Origin: a virus
Reading direction: 5' to 3' (one strand)
Length of the DNA stretch: 64,000 bases
Virus record (IMG/VR): IMGVR_UViG_3300049324_000053
The notes under the pieces were generated by a model. It did not search any database. It had not been told where the DNA came from and was given only the letters and a program-made list of their open reading frames with translations. This document shows positions 36,309 through 46,104 of this stretch, piece by piece. The translations under genes and the position numbers were made by a program. Each line of letters begins with the position of its first letter. Position 1 is the first letter of the stretch.

Positions 36309-38461
36309 ACGTCGAAGCCGCCTTGTACCGGGCAGCGGGCTGGACGCCGCACCGGTACGACCCGGCCACCGGTGGCCGTTGCCGTACGTGCGCGCAGCGC
36401 CGCTACACCGGTGAGCATGCTGCCGCCGAGAACGCGGCCGTCCGGCCCGCCGGGCAGCTTCCCGCACCTCCCGGGATGCGCACCCCCCTGCCGCCGGGAG
36501 CGCTCGCGAACCTGCCCGAAGGATTGCGTGGCACCCGTCATCCGTACGCGAAGCTGCCGTCGCCGGCGGCCTGGTCGTCCAAGGACTGCGCGATCTGCGG
36601 GCTGCCCGCCGGCGAACCCGTGCATCTGGATCCGGAAACCAGCAAACCGCTGACCTACGACATTTCGTCTGCGCCCGACGCGATGGCCACCGCCGACGCC
36701 GGCGACGACGACGAACCGGCCGGCGGCGACCCCGACGCCGGCGACGACTCCGCCCCGGCCAGCGCGATGATCGGTTTCTGGTTGCCCACCGCGCTGGCTC
36801 TGACGCTGTTGCCGCCCGGTATCGACGGCGCCGAAGAACCTGATGATCTGCATCTGACGATCGTGACGCTCGCCGGCCTGCCCGACGCCGGTGACGGTCC
36901 GGCGATGGCTACCGTGCTGGCGGCGGTGGCCATCGCCGCCGGACGTATCGCCCCGTTCACGGTCACCCTGTCCGGTGTCGGAGTTTTCACCGCCGGCGAA
37001 AAGCCGGTCACCTACTACTCGGTCGACTCTCCCGACCTGCCCGATGTGCGTGACGTTCTCGTCGACACGCTGACCGGTGCCGGTGTCCCGATCGACACCA
37101 CCCACGGGTTCACCCCGCACATCACACTCGTGTACGACGTCGCCGCGGTACCCGCCCCGCCGACCGACCCGATCCTTATCGACCGGCTCGCCTGCGCCAT
37201 CGGCGAGGACCGTTACGAGTTCCCTCTTGTCGGCAACCCCGACAGTGACAACGACGATGCCAGTGACAACGACGATGCCGGTGACGACGGTATGGCGGCC
37301 GTCATGGATCCGGCCGTCATGGACCCCGGTCCCGCCGGCTGGTCGCAGCCGTTCAACCGGCGGGACCGGGCCCACACTCAGCCCCGCGCCGAAGATGCCG
37401 GCGATGCGGGCCCCGACCGCGGCAGCGCCGGCAGCACCGCGGCGCACACCGAACGAGCGTTTGTCACCGAGGCCAATGGCAAGTTGCTTGTCACCGCCCC
37501 CAGCGATCAGATCCTCGCGCCGATGGCCCGCACCCTGGCCGCCGGCGCCACCGGCAACCAGCATTTCTCCTGGCTGACCGGCCGCCTCGTCGGCGCCGAC
37601 GAGCCCAACCGCAACGGTGCGTTATGGACGTTCGGGGATCTGCAGTTCGGCCAGCCCGGCGTCCGTCACGGACCGTTGAACTGGCTGCACGAGGGAAAAC
37701 ATGTGATCGGCACCCTGGCCGATTCCGTGCTCGTGCCTCACGAGCAGGCTGGCGACGTCGGCGCGCACATCGCCACCCTCGCCGCGGTGTGGTCATGGTT
37801 GTACCCGGCCGAAACCGAAGTGATTCGTTCCGCGTCCGACGCCGGCCGGCTGTGGCAGTCGATGGAATGCGTGTCCGAATCGGTCGAATGCGCCGGTGAC
37901 ACCGGCTGTGGACGCACCGTCGCCTACGGCGACTACCTGTCCGGCACCGGCACCTGTGCACATCTGCGCGAACGCAGTGCGGTGCGCCGGTTCGCACGCC
38001 CGTCGTTCCTCGGTGCCGCCGTCATCGTGCCGCCGGTACGTCCCGGCTGGGCCGGCGCCGACACCCGGGTGCTGTCCGCACTGTCGGCGGTGTCCGCGGA
38101 CAGCTATCAGGCTGCCGGCTGCCCCGACATGAGCGCATCCGAATGGGAACGGCTGATGGGTGAGGTGCTGACGTATGCCGGATCCGGCGCATCCCAGGTC
38201 ACGTCGACGGGCGGCAGCCCTGTCCCGGGTGGTGCGCAAGCTGCGAGCGGCGGCGCACCGGGCTCGCACCGCACCACCTCCGCCACCACCACCGGCGAAC
38301 TCGCCGCCGGCGCCGCCGGCGGTGTGAACGACCCGATGCGTGAACTGGCGTTGAGCCTCGCCGGGCTGACCAGCGTGCTGGCCGCCGAACGCAGCGCACC
38401 GCGGTTGCGCCGCATCGAACGTGACGACGTTGGCCGCATTACCGCTGTCATCGACGAATAG
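36305..38461 (+). CDS. 2H phosphoesterase domain fused to putative prohead (capsid maturation) protease
   Basis: DLHLTI (His183) and FTPHITL (His272) HxT pair; later PNRNG, LNWLH, WQSMEC, Cys/His zinc insert, FLGAAVI. Confidence 0.75.
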   Translation: MNVEAALYRAAGWTPHRYDPATGGRCRTCAQRRYTGEHAAAENAAVRPAGQLPAPPGMRTPLPPGALANLPEGLRGTRHPYAKLPSPAAWSSKDCAICGLPAGEPVHLDPETSKPLTYDISSAPDAMATADAGDDDEPAGGDPDAGDDSAPASAMIGFWLPTALALTLLPPGIDGAEEPDDLHLTIVTLAGLPDAGDGPAMATVLAAVAIAAGRIAPFTVTLSGVGVFTAGEKPVTYYSVDSPDLPDVRDVLVDTLTGAGVPIDTTHGFTPHITLVYDVAAVPAPPTDPILIDRLACAIGEDRYEFPLVGNPDSDNDDASDNDDAGDDGMAAVMDPAVMDPGPAGWSQPFNRRDRAHTQPRAEDAGDAGPDRGSAGSTAAHTERAFVTEANGKLLVTAPSDQILAPMARTLAAGATGNQHFSWLTGRLVGADEPNRNGALWTFGDLQFGQPGVRHGPLNWLHEGKHVIGTLADSVLVPHEQAGDVGAHIATLAAVWSWLYPAETEVIRSASDAGRLWQSMECVSESVECAGDTGCGRTVAYGDYLSGTGTCAHLRERSAVRRFARPSFLGAAVIVPPVRPGWAGADTRVLSALSAVSADSYQAAGCPDMSASEWERLMGEVLTYAGSGASQVTSTGGSPVPGGAQAASGGAPGSHRTTSATTTGELAAGAAGGVNDPMRELALSLAGLTSVLAAERSAPRLRRIERDDVGRITAVIDE

Positions 38462-38476
38462 TCGGAAAGGAAAGTC

Positions 38477-38845
38477 ATGCCGTTTTCGGTGGCATCGCGC
38501 AACTACATGTTGGATCAGGAGGGCGGAAACAACTCCGTCTACATGAGCCTGCATTCGGGTGACCCGGGCAGCACCGGGGCGAACGAGCTGGCCACGACGG
38601 GTGGTTCGCCCAACTACGCCCGCAAGCCCATCACGTGGGCGGCAGCGTCGGGCGGCAGCAAGGTGTCCAACGTCTCCGAGGCGTTCGACATCCCCCCGTC
38701 GTCCACGGTGAGCTACTTCGGGCTGTGGTCGGCAGCTACCGGTGGATCGTTCCGCGGTGGGGGCCCGCTGTCGAGCACGGAGACGTTCGCCGCGCAGGGC
38801 ACCTACACCGTCACCAGCGGCAACGCGAACATGGCGCTCGCATAA
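38477..38845 (+). CDS. small beta-rich virion fibre subunit (Gp80-like), copy 1
   Basis: YMSLHSGDPG, YARKPITW, YFGLWSAATGGSF; paralog of 51873..52304. Confidence 0.75.
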   Translation: MPFSVASRNYMLDQEGGNNSVYMSLHSGDPGSTGANELATTGGSPNYARKPITWAAASGGSKVSNVSEAFDIPPSSTVSYFGLWSAATGGSFRGGGPLSSTETFAAQGTYTVTSGNANMALA

Positions 38846-38928
38846 AGCCGTAAAAAGCTTATAAAGCTAACGTCGAGCTGCGCCGTCCGGGCCTACGCCG
38901 CGGCGGTGCAGCGGTGTCGAACCGCGAG

Positions 38929-39480
38929 CTATTGCGCCATGTTCTCGGGGTCCTCGGCGTCACCGTCGTAGATCACAATCCCCATGATCTCGACATTGTC
39001 GCTGAACTCGGGGAGCTTGACGTGGATCGGGTCTTCCGCGGAGTCCTCGCCCGATATCGCACTCCACGTGATCACTTTGCGAGCGTAGGGGCCGGACGCG
39101 GTCGTGTTGGCGTCCAGGACAGCGACGATCTGTTCGACGTCGGTCAGTTGACCGCTGGCGACCTGGACCATGAACGTTGTGGCTTGTGCGCTGGTGAATG
39201 TCAGCGGGTACCCGTTCTTCTCGCAGAACACGGCGAGCGCGATGAATGCGCAGCGTTTGTTGCCGTCGACCAGTGCGTGATTGCAGGCCAGTGACTGTAC
39301 GAGCGCGGCGGCCTTGTGCAGCGTTGTCGGATAGGCGTCGGCGCCGAACACGGTGACCGCAGGCCGGTGCAGCGCCGAGGCCAGCAGTCCCGGGTCGCGG
39401 ATCGTTGCCGGTTGCCCGAGAGCGATCACCGCAAGATCGAGGAAGCCGGTGAGCGTCAGGTAGCGGGTGGCGCCGGTCAA
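38929..39480 (-). CDS. doc: Doc/Fic family toxin with acidic C-terminal extension
   Basis: IRDPGLLASALHRP, KAAAL, NHALVDGNKR Fic motif. Confidence 0.9.
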   Translation of the reverse strand: MTGATRYLTLTGFLDLAVIALGQPATIRDPGLLASALHRPAVTVFGADAYPTTLHKAAALVQSLACNHALVDGNKRCAFIALAVFCEKNGYPLTFTSAQATTFMVQVASGQLTDVEQIVAVLDANTTASGPYARKVITWSAISGEDSAEDPIHVKLPEFSDNVEIMGIVIYDGDAEDPENMAQ

Positions 39481-39680
39481 AGGTCTGCTAGTGCATCAAA
39501 GGTGGCGGCGTACCGGGTCCGGATCTCGGAACCGATGACGCTCCAGCTGCGTTCACGTCGGTCGAGGTACTCGGTGACGGCGGTGTCGAGCAGTTTTTGC
39601 AGTGAGCAGCCGTCGCTGGCTGCCGCTTGCTGCAGGGCGGCGAGCCGTTCGTCGTCCAGTCGGTAGTTGATCGCGCTCAT
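39477..39680 (-). CDS. RHH antitoxin of Doc
   Basis: MSAINYRLDDERLAALQQAAASDGCSLQKLL...RYAATFDALA; overlaps doc start. Confidence 0.8.
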   Translation of the reverse strand: MSAINYRLDDERLAALQQAAASDGCSLQKLLDTAVTEYLDRRERSWSVIGSEIRTRYAATFDALADL

Positions 39681-39683
39681 ACT

Positions 39684-39896
39684 TCATAGTACCACGATGG
39701 TACCGTCCGTGGTAGGCTCAGGGTGGAGAGTGACATTCGCTCCGGCGACGCCCGTCAGGGCGACCGCGACCAGCTGCAGGACGTGGCGCCTGATGTCGTC
39801 GCGGATGGCAGCGTCGCCGTCGAGGTCGTAGGCCGAGGCCCAGGCGTCACGGTCCACGTCGATCGCCACGGTGACGTCGACGCGCAGCCTGGTCAC
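39684..39896 (-). CDS. hypothetical protein
   Basis: Coupled within the doc operon. Confidence 0.55.
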   Translation of the reverse strand: MTRLRVDVTVAIDVDRDAWASAYDLDGDAAIRDDIRRHVLQLVAVALTGVAGANVTLHPEPTTDGTIVVL

Positions 39897-40195
39897 GACA
39901 GCAACGCGCCGGTGTCGTCGACGACGTCCAGACCTCGGCTGGCCGCGTTCGTGAGCGGATGCTGCGCGCCCAGGATTTCGCTGTCCGCTCCGGTGGTCAC
40001 GTTCACCGTCAACGCCAGTGGTTGCTCGGTGCGTGTACTCCAGCCGAGCACCTCGATGCCGACCACATCGTTGGCGTCGTTCAGCAGCAGCCGCACACTC
40101 TTGCCGCCGAAAGTCCCTACGACGCTTCGTCCCGGCGCCCGCGGCGCCCAGCTGATGAGAACCGCGTCGGCGGCTTGATCAATGTCGATGTTCAT
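39893..40195 (-). CDS. orphan DUF2283-like antitoxin
   Basis: IDIDQAADAVLI...LLLNDANDVVGIEVL matches DUF2283 YDxEADxxYI...DxxGxxxGIEI. Confidence 0.65.
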   Translation of the reverse strand: MNIDIDQAADAVLISWAPRAPGRSVVGTFGGKSVRLLLNDANDVVGIEVLGWSTRTEQPLALTVNVTTGADSEILGAQHPLTNAASRGLDVVDDTGALLS

Positions 40196-40243
40196 GTCGG
40201 CCATCCTTGCCGATCCGGGCTCCGATGGCACACCCTTACCGGC

Positions 40244-41089
40244 ATGGAACCCGAGCCCGACGAGCTGACCCTGGACCTGAAGGTGGCTGTAGCCATCGCC
40301 CACGCCCGAGCCCATCCCGAACAGATGCGCCCGTACGTGCCTCGCAGTGCACAGCCGGACAACAGCGACGCCCGCATGAAGGTGCTCGACGACATCAACG
40401 CTCTGCTCGACGCGCAGGAATCTCCCATCGTCAGCGGCCCGGTGGCGCTGCCGGTCTCTTTGCGTAATGCTGCGGTGATCGCTGTCGCCAGGCTCGGGGC
40501 GGCGCCGTCGGTGACCGCGCTGATCACCGACGCGTTGCGCCGTACGCTCGAAGAAGCCGTCAGCCGGGCCGCTCTCGACAGCCACTACGCACAGCACCCG
40601 CATGCGCGCCCCTCGCTCGGTGAGGTGGCGTTGGCTTACGCAGAGCAGACGGGGTCACCGCTCGCGCAGCGGCCTGAGCTGCTGGATGCAGCAGCTCAGC
40701 AGATTGTGTCCGTGCATCCTGACGCCGACGGCCGTGACGTGCTGATGTGGGCGCAGGGGTGGTTGTCCGCCCAAGAGGAGTCGGCGCAACTGTTTGTGCC
40801 ACAGACTGCGGCACAAGTGCAGGCGCACAAGCGCGCCGAACTGGACCGCTACCTGGACTGGCTGGAAAAGGAGCAGGGACTGCCGACCCCCGAGCAGCTG
40901 GCGGCAGCGGACCGCTGGGTCAACGGCCTGCTCACCGCGATCCGCTCGGCGGACCGGGCCGTGGTGGACGACATGAGCCAGCGCCGGTGGCGGGCGCGGG
41001 CGAGGCGTGAGGCGCGCGAGATGGCTCAGGATCCGGCTGATCGCGGCGAGGTGGCTGCCACGATGCGTTTTCTTGACGGCGACGAGTAG
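40244..41089 (+). CDS. chimeric protein made of several antitoxin-like segments
   Basis: See findings; RAELDRYLDWLEKEQGLPTPEQLAAADRWVNGLL resembles the C-terminus of the 13544..13810 antitoxin. Confidence 0.6.
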   Translation: MEPEPDELTLDLKVAVAIAHARAHPEQMRPYVPRSAQPDNSDARMKVLDDINALLDAQESPIVSGPVALPVSLRNAAVIAVARLGAAPSVTALITDALRRTLEEAVSRAALDSHYAQHPHARPSLGEVALAYAEQTGSPLAQRPELLDAAAQQIVSVHPDADGRDVLMWAQGWLSAQEESAQLFVPQTAAQVQAHKRAELDRYLDWLEKEQGLPTPEQLAAADRWVNGLLTAIRSADRAVVDDMSQRRWRARARREAREMAQDPADRGEVAATMRFLDGDE

Positions 41090-41156
41090 CTCGACCAGCG
41101 GGTAGTGCGCGGCCGCCGGCTGCGATCAGCAAGATCAGGGGCCGATGGTCTCCTTC

Positions 41157-43226
41157 GTGGCTGAAGGAACTGTCCGGCTTCCCCTGGACTCGACGGGAAA
41201 ATATCTGCGCACCCAGACTGTGACGGTCGGTGCGCAATCCGAGGAACAGCAGGTGGTGACCCTTGGTGACGCTGCGGGTCATGTTGCGGCGTTGTCCGCC
41301 GCCGGCGGCCAGTACACCCAGCTGACGAGTGCGTCCACCATCGGTCAGGTCGCGCAGGTCAACCCGTACGGCGCTTTGAAGATTCAGCCGCCGCCCCAGT
41401 TGTGGTTCTCGGACACGTTCAACAATCTTGACACCGTCAACCGATGGGTGACCGGTGGCACTATTGCGCCGATCGCGGCGAACGGTGCGGTGTTCTCTCC
41501 TGGAACCACGGCGAACGCGTCGTCGACGTTGTCGAGCATTCCGCAGTTCACCACGGGCACCGCGTACGTGTCGGTCGTCACCCCGGTCGCGCTGGAGACG
41601 GTGGCGGTGACCGGGGCGCACCGCTGGTTCGGTCTGGGCACGGCGCCGGCGAGCCCGAGTGCGACCAACCCCGTTCAGGACGGTCTGGGCTGGGAGGTGG
41701 ACACCGCCGGGGCGTTGCGGGCGAGCATGTATCAGAACGGTGGGCGGGTCTGGACGTCGATCTTGACGTATCCGTCGGACGGGCAGCCGCATTTGTACCA
41801 AATGGAGTGGTCGGCGTCGGGGGTGCTGTACTACGTCGACGGCACCGAAGTGCCGGTGATCTGGGCGCCGCCGGCGATGACCGGGGTGTCGATGCTGCCG
41901 ATCCGTACGGCGCAGTACAACGGTGCGACCACGTTGTCGGCGCCGACAACGTTCATGCTGCGTGCGGCGGGCATTTCCGACAGCATGGGCCCCACCACGA
42001 TGATCGCCGATGCGACGTATCCGTGGCGGCGGACCTCGGTCAGTGCGAACGGGGTGCTGTCGGCGGGGATGCCGGATGCCACCAGCAGTGGGTCGATCCT
42101 CATGACGACGACCGGTGGGGCGGTCACCGCGACCAGCAGCGGCGTCGGGGTGGTCGGGGTGCAGGTTGCGGGCACCTGGACCGGGACGATCGCGCTGGAA
42201 GCCACTACCGACGGCGTCAACTGGTTCGGCGTCAACGGTGTGCAATCGGGTACCGGTGCGATCGCCGGGGTGATCACCGGCAACGGACAGTGGCGGGTCA
42301 ATTCCGCCGGTTACGCGCAGGTGCGGATCCGGTCGTCGATCGCGGGGACCGGCAGTGCGACCGCGACGCTGATCGCTGCTGCACCCGCCTCTGTGATTAC
42401 TGCTGCGGAGCCGGTGCAGGTTCGTGGTTACGCGATCGCCACGAACACCAGCACGATGACGACGACCGGCACCTATGGGCCTGTTGATGTCAGCGCCGCC
42501 GGCAATGTCACCATCACCGCCTCGGGTGGGTTCGCCGGCACCATCGCCGGTGTCATCGAGCAGACCAACGACGGCAGCACCTGGTATCCGGCCGGTGGGG
42601 TGCGGTCGGACACGGGGCTGGCCGAGTCGACCTGGACGCTGGCCGCCGGCAGCGTGCGCATGTGGGACCTGGGCTGTGAAGGCATCACCGCGGTGCGCAT
42701 CCGGCTGACGACCGCACCGACCTCCAGCTCGGTGGTGTTCCGGGCCAATGCCGGCGGCATGTCGTTCTCCCCGTCGGTGGCGGCCACCCTGCAGGATCCG
42801 CCGCGGGTGGGCCTGACCTGGTACACGACCGGGTTCGCGGTGCCGACCGCGGAGGCGATGGCCACGGTGACCGGATTGCAGCGTCTCGGATCGGCTGTGG
42901 TGACCACTGCGCTGACCGTCAGCGCCGGTAAGACGTTGCGGGTGCAGGCGATCTCCGGGTCGATCACGCTGGTCGGCACGACCGCAGTGCAGACCCGCAT
43001 CACGCTGCGTGCCGCGGCGGGAGCTGCGGCGGCGGCGACCAGCCAGGTGTACTGGACGGTGCGCAAAGGCGCCAGCGCTCTCACGGCGGGCACCGTGTAC
43101 GACTTCGACACGTCGTTCGCCGGCGGGCTGGAGTTCCCCGCCGGCTACGGCATCGGGTTCTCGGCGCTGGCCGGAACTGCCTTGATGCACAGCCTGGACC
43201 TGTCCATGGTCGGTTACGAGTACTGA
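41157..43226 (+). CDS. virion fibre/receptor-binding protein with ConA/lectin-like beta domains
   Basis: All-beta Thr/Gly-rich; DGQPHLYQMEWSASGVLYYVDG; start moved to GTG 41157 (MAEGTVRLPLDSTGK). Confidence 0.65.
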   Translation: MAEGTVRLPLDSTGKYLRTQTVTVGAQSEEQQVVTLGDAAGHVAALSAAGGQYTQLTSASTIGQVAQVNPYGALKIQPPPQLWFSDTFNNLDTVNRWVTGGTIAPIAANGAVFSPGTTANASSTLSSIPQFTTGTAYVSVVTPVALETVAVTGAHRWFGLGTAPASPSATNPVQDGLGWEVDTAGALRASMYQNGGRVWTSILTYPSDGQPHLYQMEWSASGVLYYVDGTEVPVIWAPPAMTGVSMLPIRTAQYNGATTLSAPTTFMLRAAGISDSMGPTTMIADATYPWRRTSVSANGVLSAGMPDATSSGSILMTTTGGAVTATSSGVGVVGVQVAGTWTGTIALEATTDGVNWFGVNGVQSGTGAIAGVITGNGQWRVNSAGYAQVRIRSSIAGTGSATATLIAAAPASVITAAEPVQVRGYAIATNTSTMTTTGTYGPVDVSAAGNVTITASGGFAGTIAGVIEQTNDGSTWYPAGGVRSDTGLAESTWTLAAGSVRMWDLGCEGITAVRIRLTTAPTSSSVVFRANAGGMSFSPSVAATLQDPPRVGLTWYTTGFAVPTAEAMATVTGLQRLGSAVVTTALTVSAGKTLRVQAISGSITLVGTTAVQTRITLRAAAGAAAAATSQVYWTVRKGASALTAGTVYDFDTSFAGGLEFPAGYGIGFSALAGTALMHSLDLSMVGYEY

Positions 43227-43263
43227 TCATCCCGGTCGGAACCACTTTGGACGGGGGTGATCG

Positions 43264-45981
43264 GTGACCGCCGCAATCGTCGCGTTCTGGGCGAACCGCT
43301 GGACCCGTGTCGTGACCAACGGCACCGTCGGCCTGTCCACCACCGGCACCCTGGCCGCACAAGGCATCCGTGCCGAAGCCGGCGCCGTCTCGGTCACCGC
43401 CAACGGCACCCTCGGCGCCACCGGCCGTAAAACCGCACACGCCATCACCATCGCCACCGCGACCGCCACCGGCACCCTGACCGCACCCGGCGGCCGTAAA
43501 ACCGCACGCGGCGGCGGCACCGTCGCGTCCAGCTCCCCGATCAGCGCCGCCGGCCGTAAAACGATCACCGCTACGGTGTCGCTGCCCGCCGCCGGTGCCC
43601 TGACCGCGACCGGCCGCAAACAGGCCACCGCGACCGCCGGCGCCCTGACCGCGACCGCCGCTGCCGCCGTCACCGGCGGCGTCAAACAAACTCCGGCCCG
43701 GCCCATCACCATCACCGCCACCGGCACTTTGACCGTCACCGGCGGCCGCAAGACGATCACCGCCGCGATCACCTTGGCCGCGGCCGGCGCGCTCGCCGCG
43801 ATCGGCTCCAGCATCAAACGCGGCTTCACCAACGCCACCGGCACCCTGACCGCGGCCGCCGGCCGCAAAACCGGCCTCGGCGCCGGCACCTTGACCGCCA
43901 CCGCCACCACCGCCGTCGCCGGTGTGCACACCGCCACCGGCAGCGCCACGCCGCTGACCGCGACCGCCGGGACCGTCGTCGCCGGCCGCAAACAGGTTGC
44001 CACCGCCACCGCCGCCGGCGCTCTGACCGCCACCGTGAGCGCGGCCAGCATCGGCGTCGGACACCATGCCGGCGTCACCAGCCTCACCGGTGTCAGCATC
44101 CTCGGCGCGGCCGGTGCCAGCAGCCGCACCGGCACCGGACTGCTCGCCGGCGCCGGCACCGCCGCTGCTGCTGGCCGCAAAACGGCTACCGGCACCGGCG
44201 CTGTCATCCCGACCGGTGCCACCAGCAGCACCGCTCTGACCGTGGCCGGCACCAAAACAGGACGCTCAACGACCGTTCTGGCCGCCACCAGTGTTCTGAC
44301 CGCGACCGGTATGCACGCCACCACCACCGGCACCGTCCTGCTGACCGGTGTCACCAGCGTCACCGTTGCCGGCGCCTCCATCAAAGCCGGATACGTCAAC
44401 AGCAACAGCACCTTTGCCGTCGCCGGTCACCGCACCACCACCGGCACCGCCACCCTGACCGGCGCCACCCCCACCCTGACCGTGGCAGGTAACAAAACCG
44501 CTTCCGCCTGGGGCATCCTCGCGCCCGCCACCGGCACCCTGGCCGCGACCGGCACCCACACCGCGTTCGGCACCGTCACCACCACTGCTACTGACGTCCT
44601 GGCCGCGACCGGCACCCACACCGCGTTCGGCACCGTCACCACCACCGCCACCGGCGCCCTGGCCGCCACCGGCGCCAAGCAGCTGCCCACCATCAGCCCC
44701 GCCACCGTCACCGCCATCGACACTCTGACCGTCACCGGCGACAAGCATCTCGCCGCCGCGATCACCTTGACCGCGACCGGTGTCCTGACCGGCGACGGCG
44801 CCGGCACCCATGCCGCCCGCCTGCCCGCCACCGGCACCCTGGCCGCGACCGGCATCCGCGGCGCCGTCGGCACCGCCACCCTCACCGGCCCGACCGGCGA
44901 CCTCACCGCCGTCGGCACCGCCACCCGCACCGGCACCGTCCGCCTCGACGCCCTCACCAACCCCGTCAGCGCCGACAACGGCATCAAACGTGCCCGCGGC
45001 TTCGGCGGCATCAACGCTCTCGGACGCCTCGCCGGCACCGTTCAGCACGCCAGCCTCGGCACCGCCACCGGCCTCGGCCAGCTGTCCGCCGACGGCATCA
45101 AACACACCGGAACCGACGCCACCGGTGAACTCACCGACCTCGTCGACGCCCAAAGCTTCGGCTACAAAACCATCGACGGCGCCGGAACCGTACTGTCCAC
45201 CAGCGACCTGACCGCCATCGGCGAAGTGTCCGCCCACCGGTACATCATCGGCACCACCTTCCCCGTCGCCGCCGGCGCCGGCATCCAGATCCGCGGCCGC
45301 AAAACCGCCTTCGGCGCCGGCAGCATCACCGCCGCCGGCATCCTCGTCGTCCGCGCCGACCCCCCCGGCGCCGTCACCGCTTTCGGCACCCCCGCCGTCA
45401 CCCACGGCACCAAAAACATCAGCACCCAGAACATCTCCTTGCGCACCGAATCCACCCTGGCCGCATACGGCGCCAAAACCCTGCCCGGCACCGCCACCGT
45501 GACCGCCACCGCCACCATGACCGCGTCCGGCAGCGTCGGGCTCACCGGCACCGGCGCCGGCGCCTGCGCCGCCACCGGCATGCTCACCGCCATCGGCACC
45601 CCCGGCCCCGCCGCCGCCGCACCCGTCATCCCCATCCCCGTGTCCACCACCGGCGGCGGCACCGGCGGTGGAGGAGGGCTCACCTGGCCCGGCCGCCGCC
45701 CCCCCTTGCAGCTACGCCGCCACCTGTACTCGGGCGCCGTCACCGTCACCGGCGAAGGAACCCTCACCGCCACCGGCGCACCCGCCCCTCACGCCGCCGG
45801 CCAGGCGAGCCTGACCGCCGTCGGCATCCTGACCGCCACCGGAACCGCCACCAGCGCACGCACGCTCGAACCCGCCCGCACCGACAGCCCACCCACCATT
45901 CCCGCCGTCCCCGCCGACATCCTCGACGCGCTGCGCGCCGCCGTCGCCGACACCGAACTGTGGCTCGCGCTCGGCCCCTGA
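43264..45981 (+). CDS. Ala/Thr/Gly-rich ~20-aa repeat virion protein, copy 1
   Basis: Recurrent GRKT...ATGTLTATG units; near-exact 60-nt tandem duplication at ~44539/44599. Confidence 0.75.
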   Translation: MTAAIVAFWANRWTRVVTNGTVGLSTTGTLAAQGIRAEAGAVSVTANGTLGATGRKTAHAITIATATATGTLTAPGGRKTARGGGTVASSSPISAAGRKTITATVSLPAAGALTATGRKQATATAGALTATAAAAVTGGVKQTPARPITITATGTLTVTGGRKTITAAITLAAAGALAAIGSSIKRGFTNATGTLTAAAGRKTGLGAGTLTATATTAVAGVHTATGSATPLTATAGTVVAGRKQVATATAAGALTATVSAASIGVGHHAGVTSLTGVSILGAAGASSRTGTGLLAGAGTAAAAGRKTATGTGAVIPTGATSSTALTVAGTKTGRSTTVLAATSVLTATGMHATTTGTVLLTGVTSVTVAGASIKAGYVNSNSTFAVAGHRTTTGTATLTGATPTLTVAGNKTASAWGILAPATGTLAATGTHTAFGTVTTTATDVLAATGTHTAFGTVTTTATGALAATGAKQLPTISPATVTAIDTLTVTGDKHLAAAITLTATGVLTGDGAGTHAARLPATGTLAATGIRGAVGTATLTGPTGDLTAVGTATRTGTVRLDALTNPVSADNGIKRARGFGGINALGRLAGTVQHASLGTATGLGQLSADGIKHTGTDATGELTDLVDAQSFGYKTIDGAGTVLSTSDLTAIGEVSAHRYIIGTTFPVAAGAGIQIRGRKTAFGAGSITAAGILVVRADPPGAVTAFGTPAVTHGTKNISTQNISLRTESTLAAYGAKTLPGTATVTATATMTASGSVGLTGTGAGACAATGMLTAIGTPGPAAAAPVIPIPVSTTGGGTGGGGGLTWPGRRPPLQLRRHLYSGAVTVTGEGTLTATGAPAPHAAGQASLTAVGILTATGTATSARTLEPARTDSPPTIPAVPADILDALRAAVADTELWLALGP

Positions 45982-46104
45982 CCACCCGTACCGCCACCGA
46001 TAAGCAATCGGTGTATTTGATTACCCGCCTGCCAAGGCCGACCTCAACAGTGATGCAGGGCGACCGGATGTCCCGCATGCACCACCCCCGGCAGGAGGGA
46101 ACGC

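Noticed and set aside
40932-45773. Long antisense ORFs (40932..43190, 43227..44411, 44266..45405 etc.)
   Set aside because: Mirror frames of the GC3-biased fibre and repeat genes; no RBS or independent motifs
43264-45981. Periodic DNA repeats as a CRISPR array or DGR template
   Set aside because: Repeats are degenerate, in-frame and coding; no unique spacers, cas genes or reverse transcriptase seen
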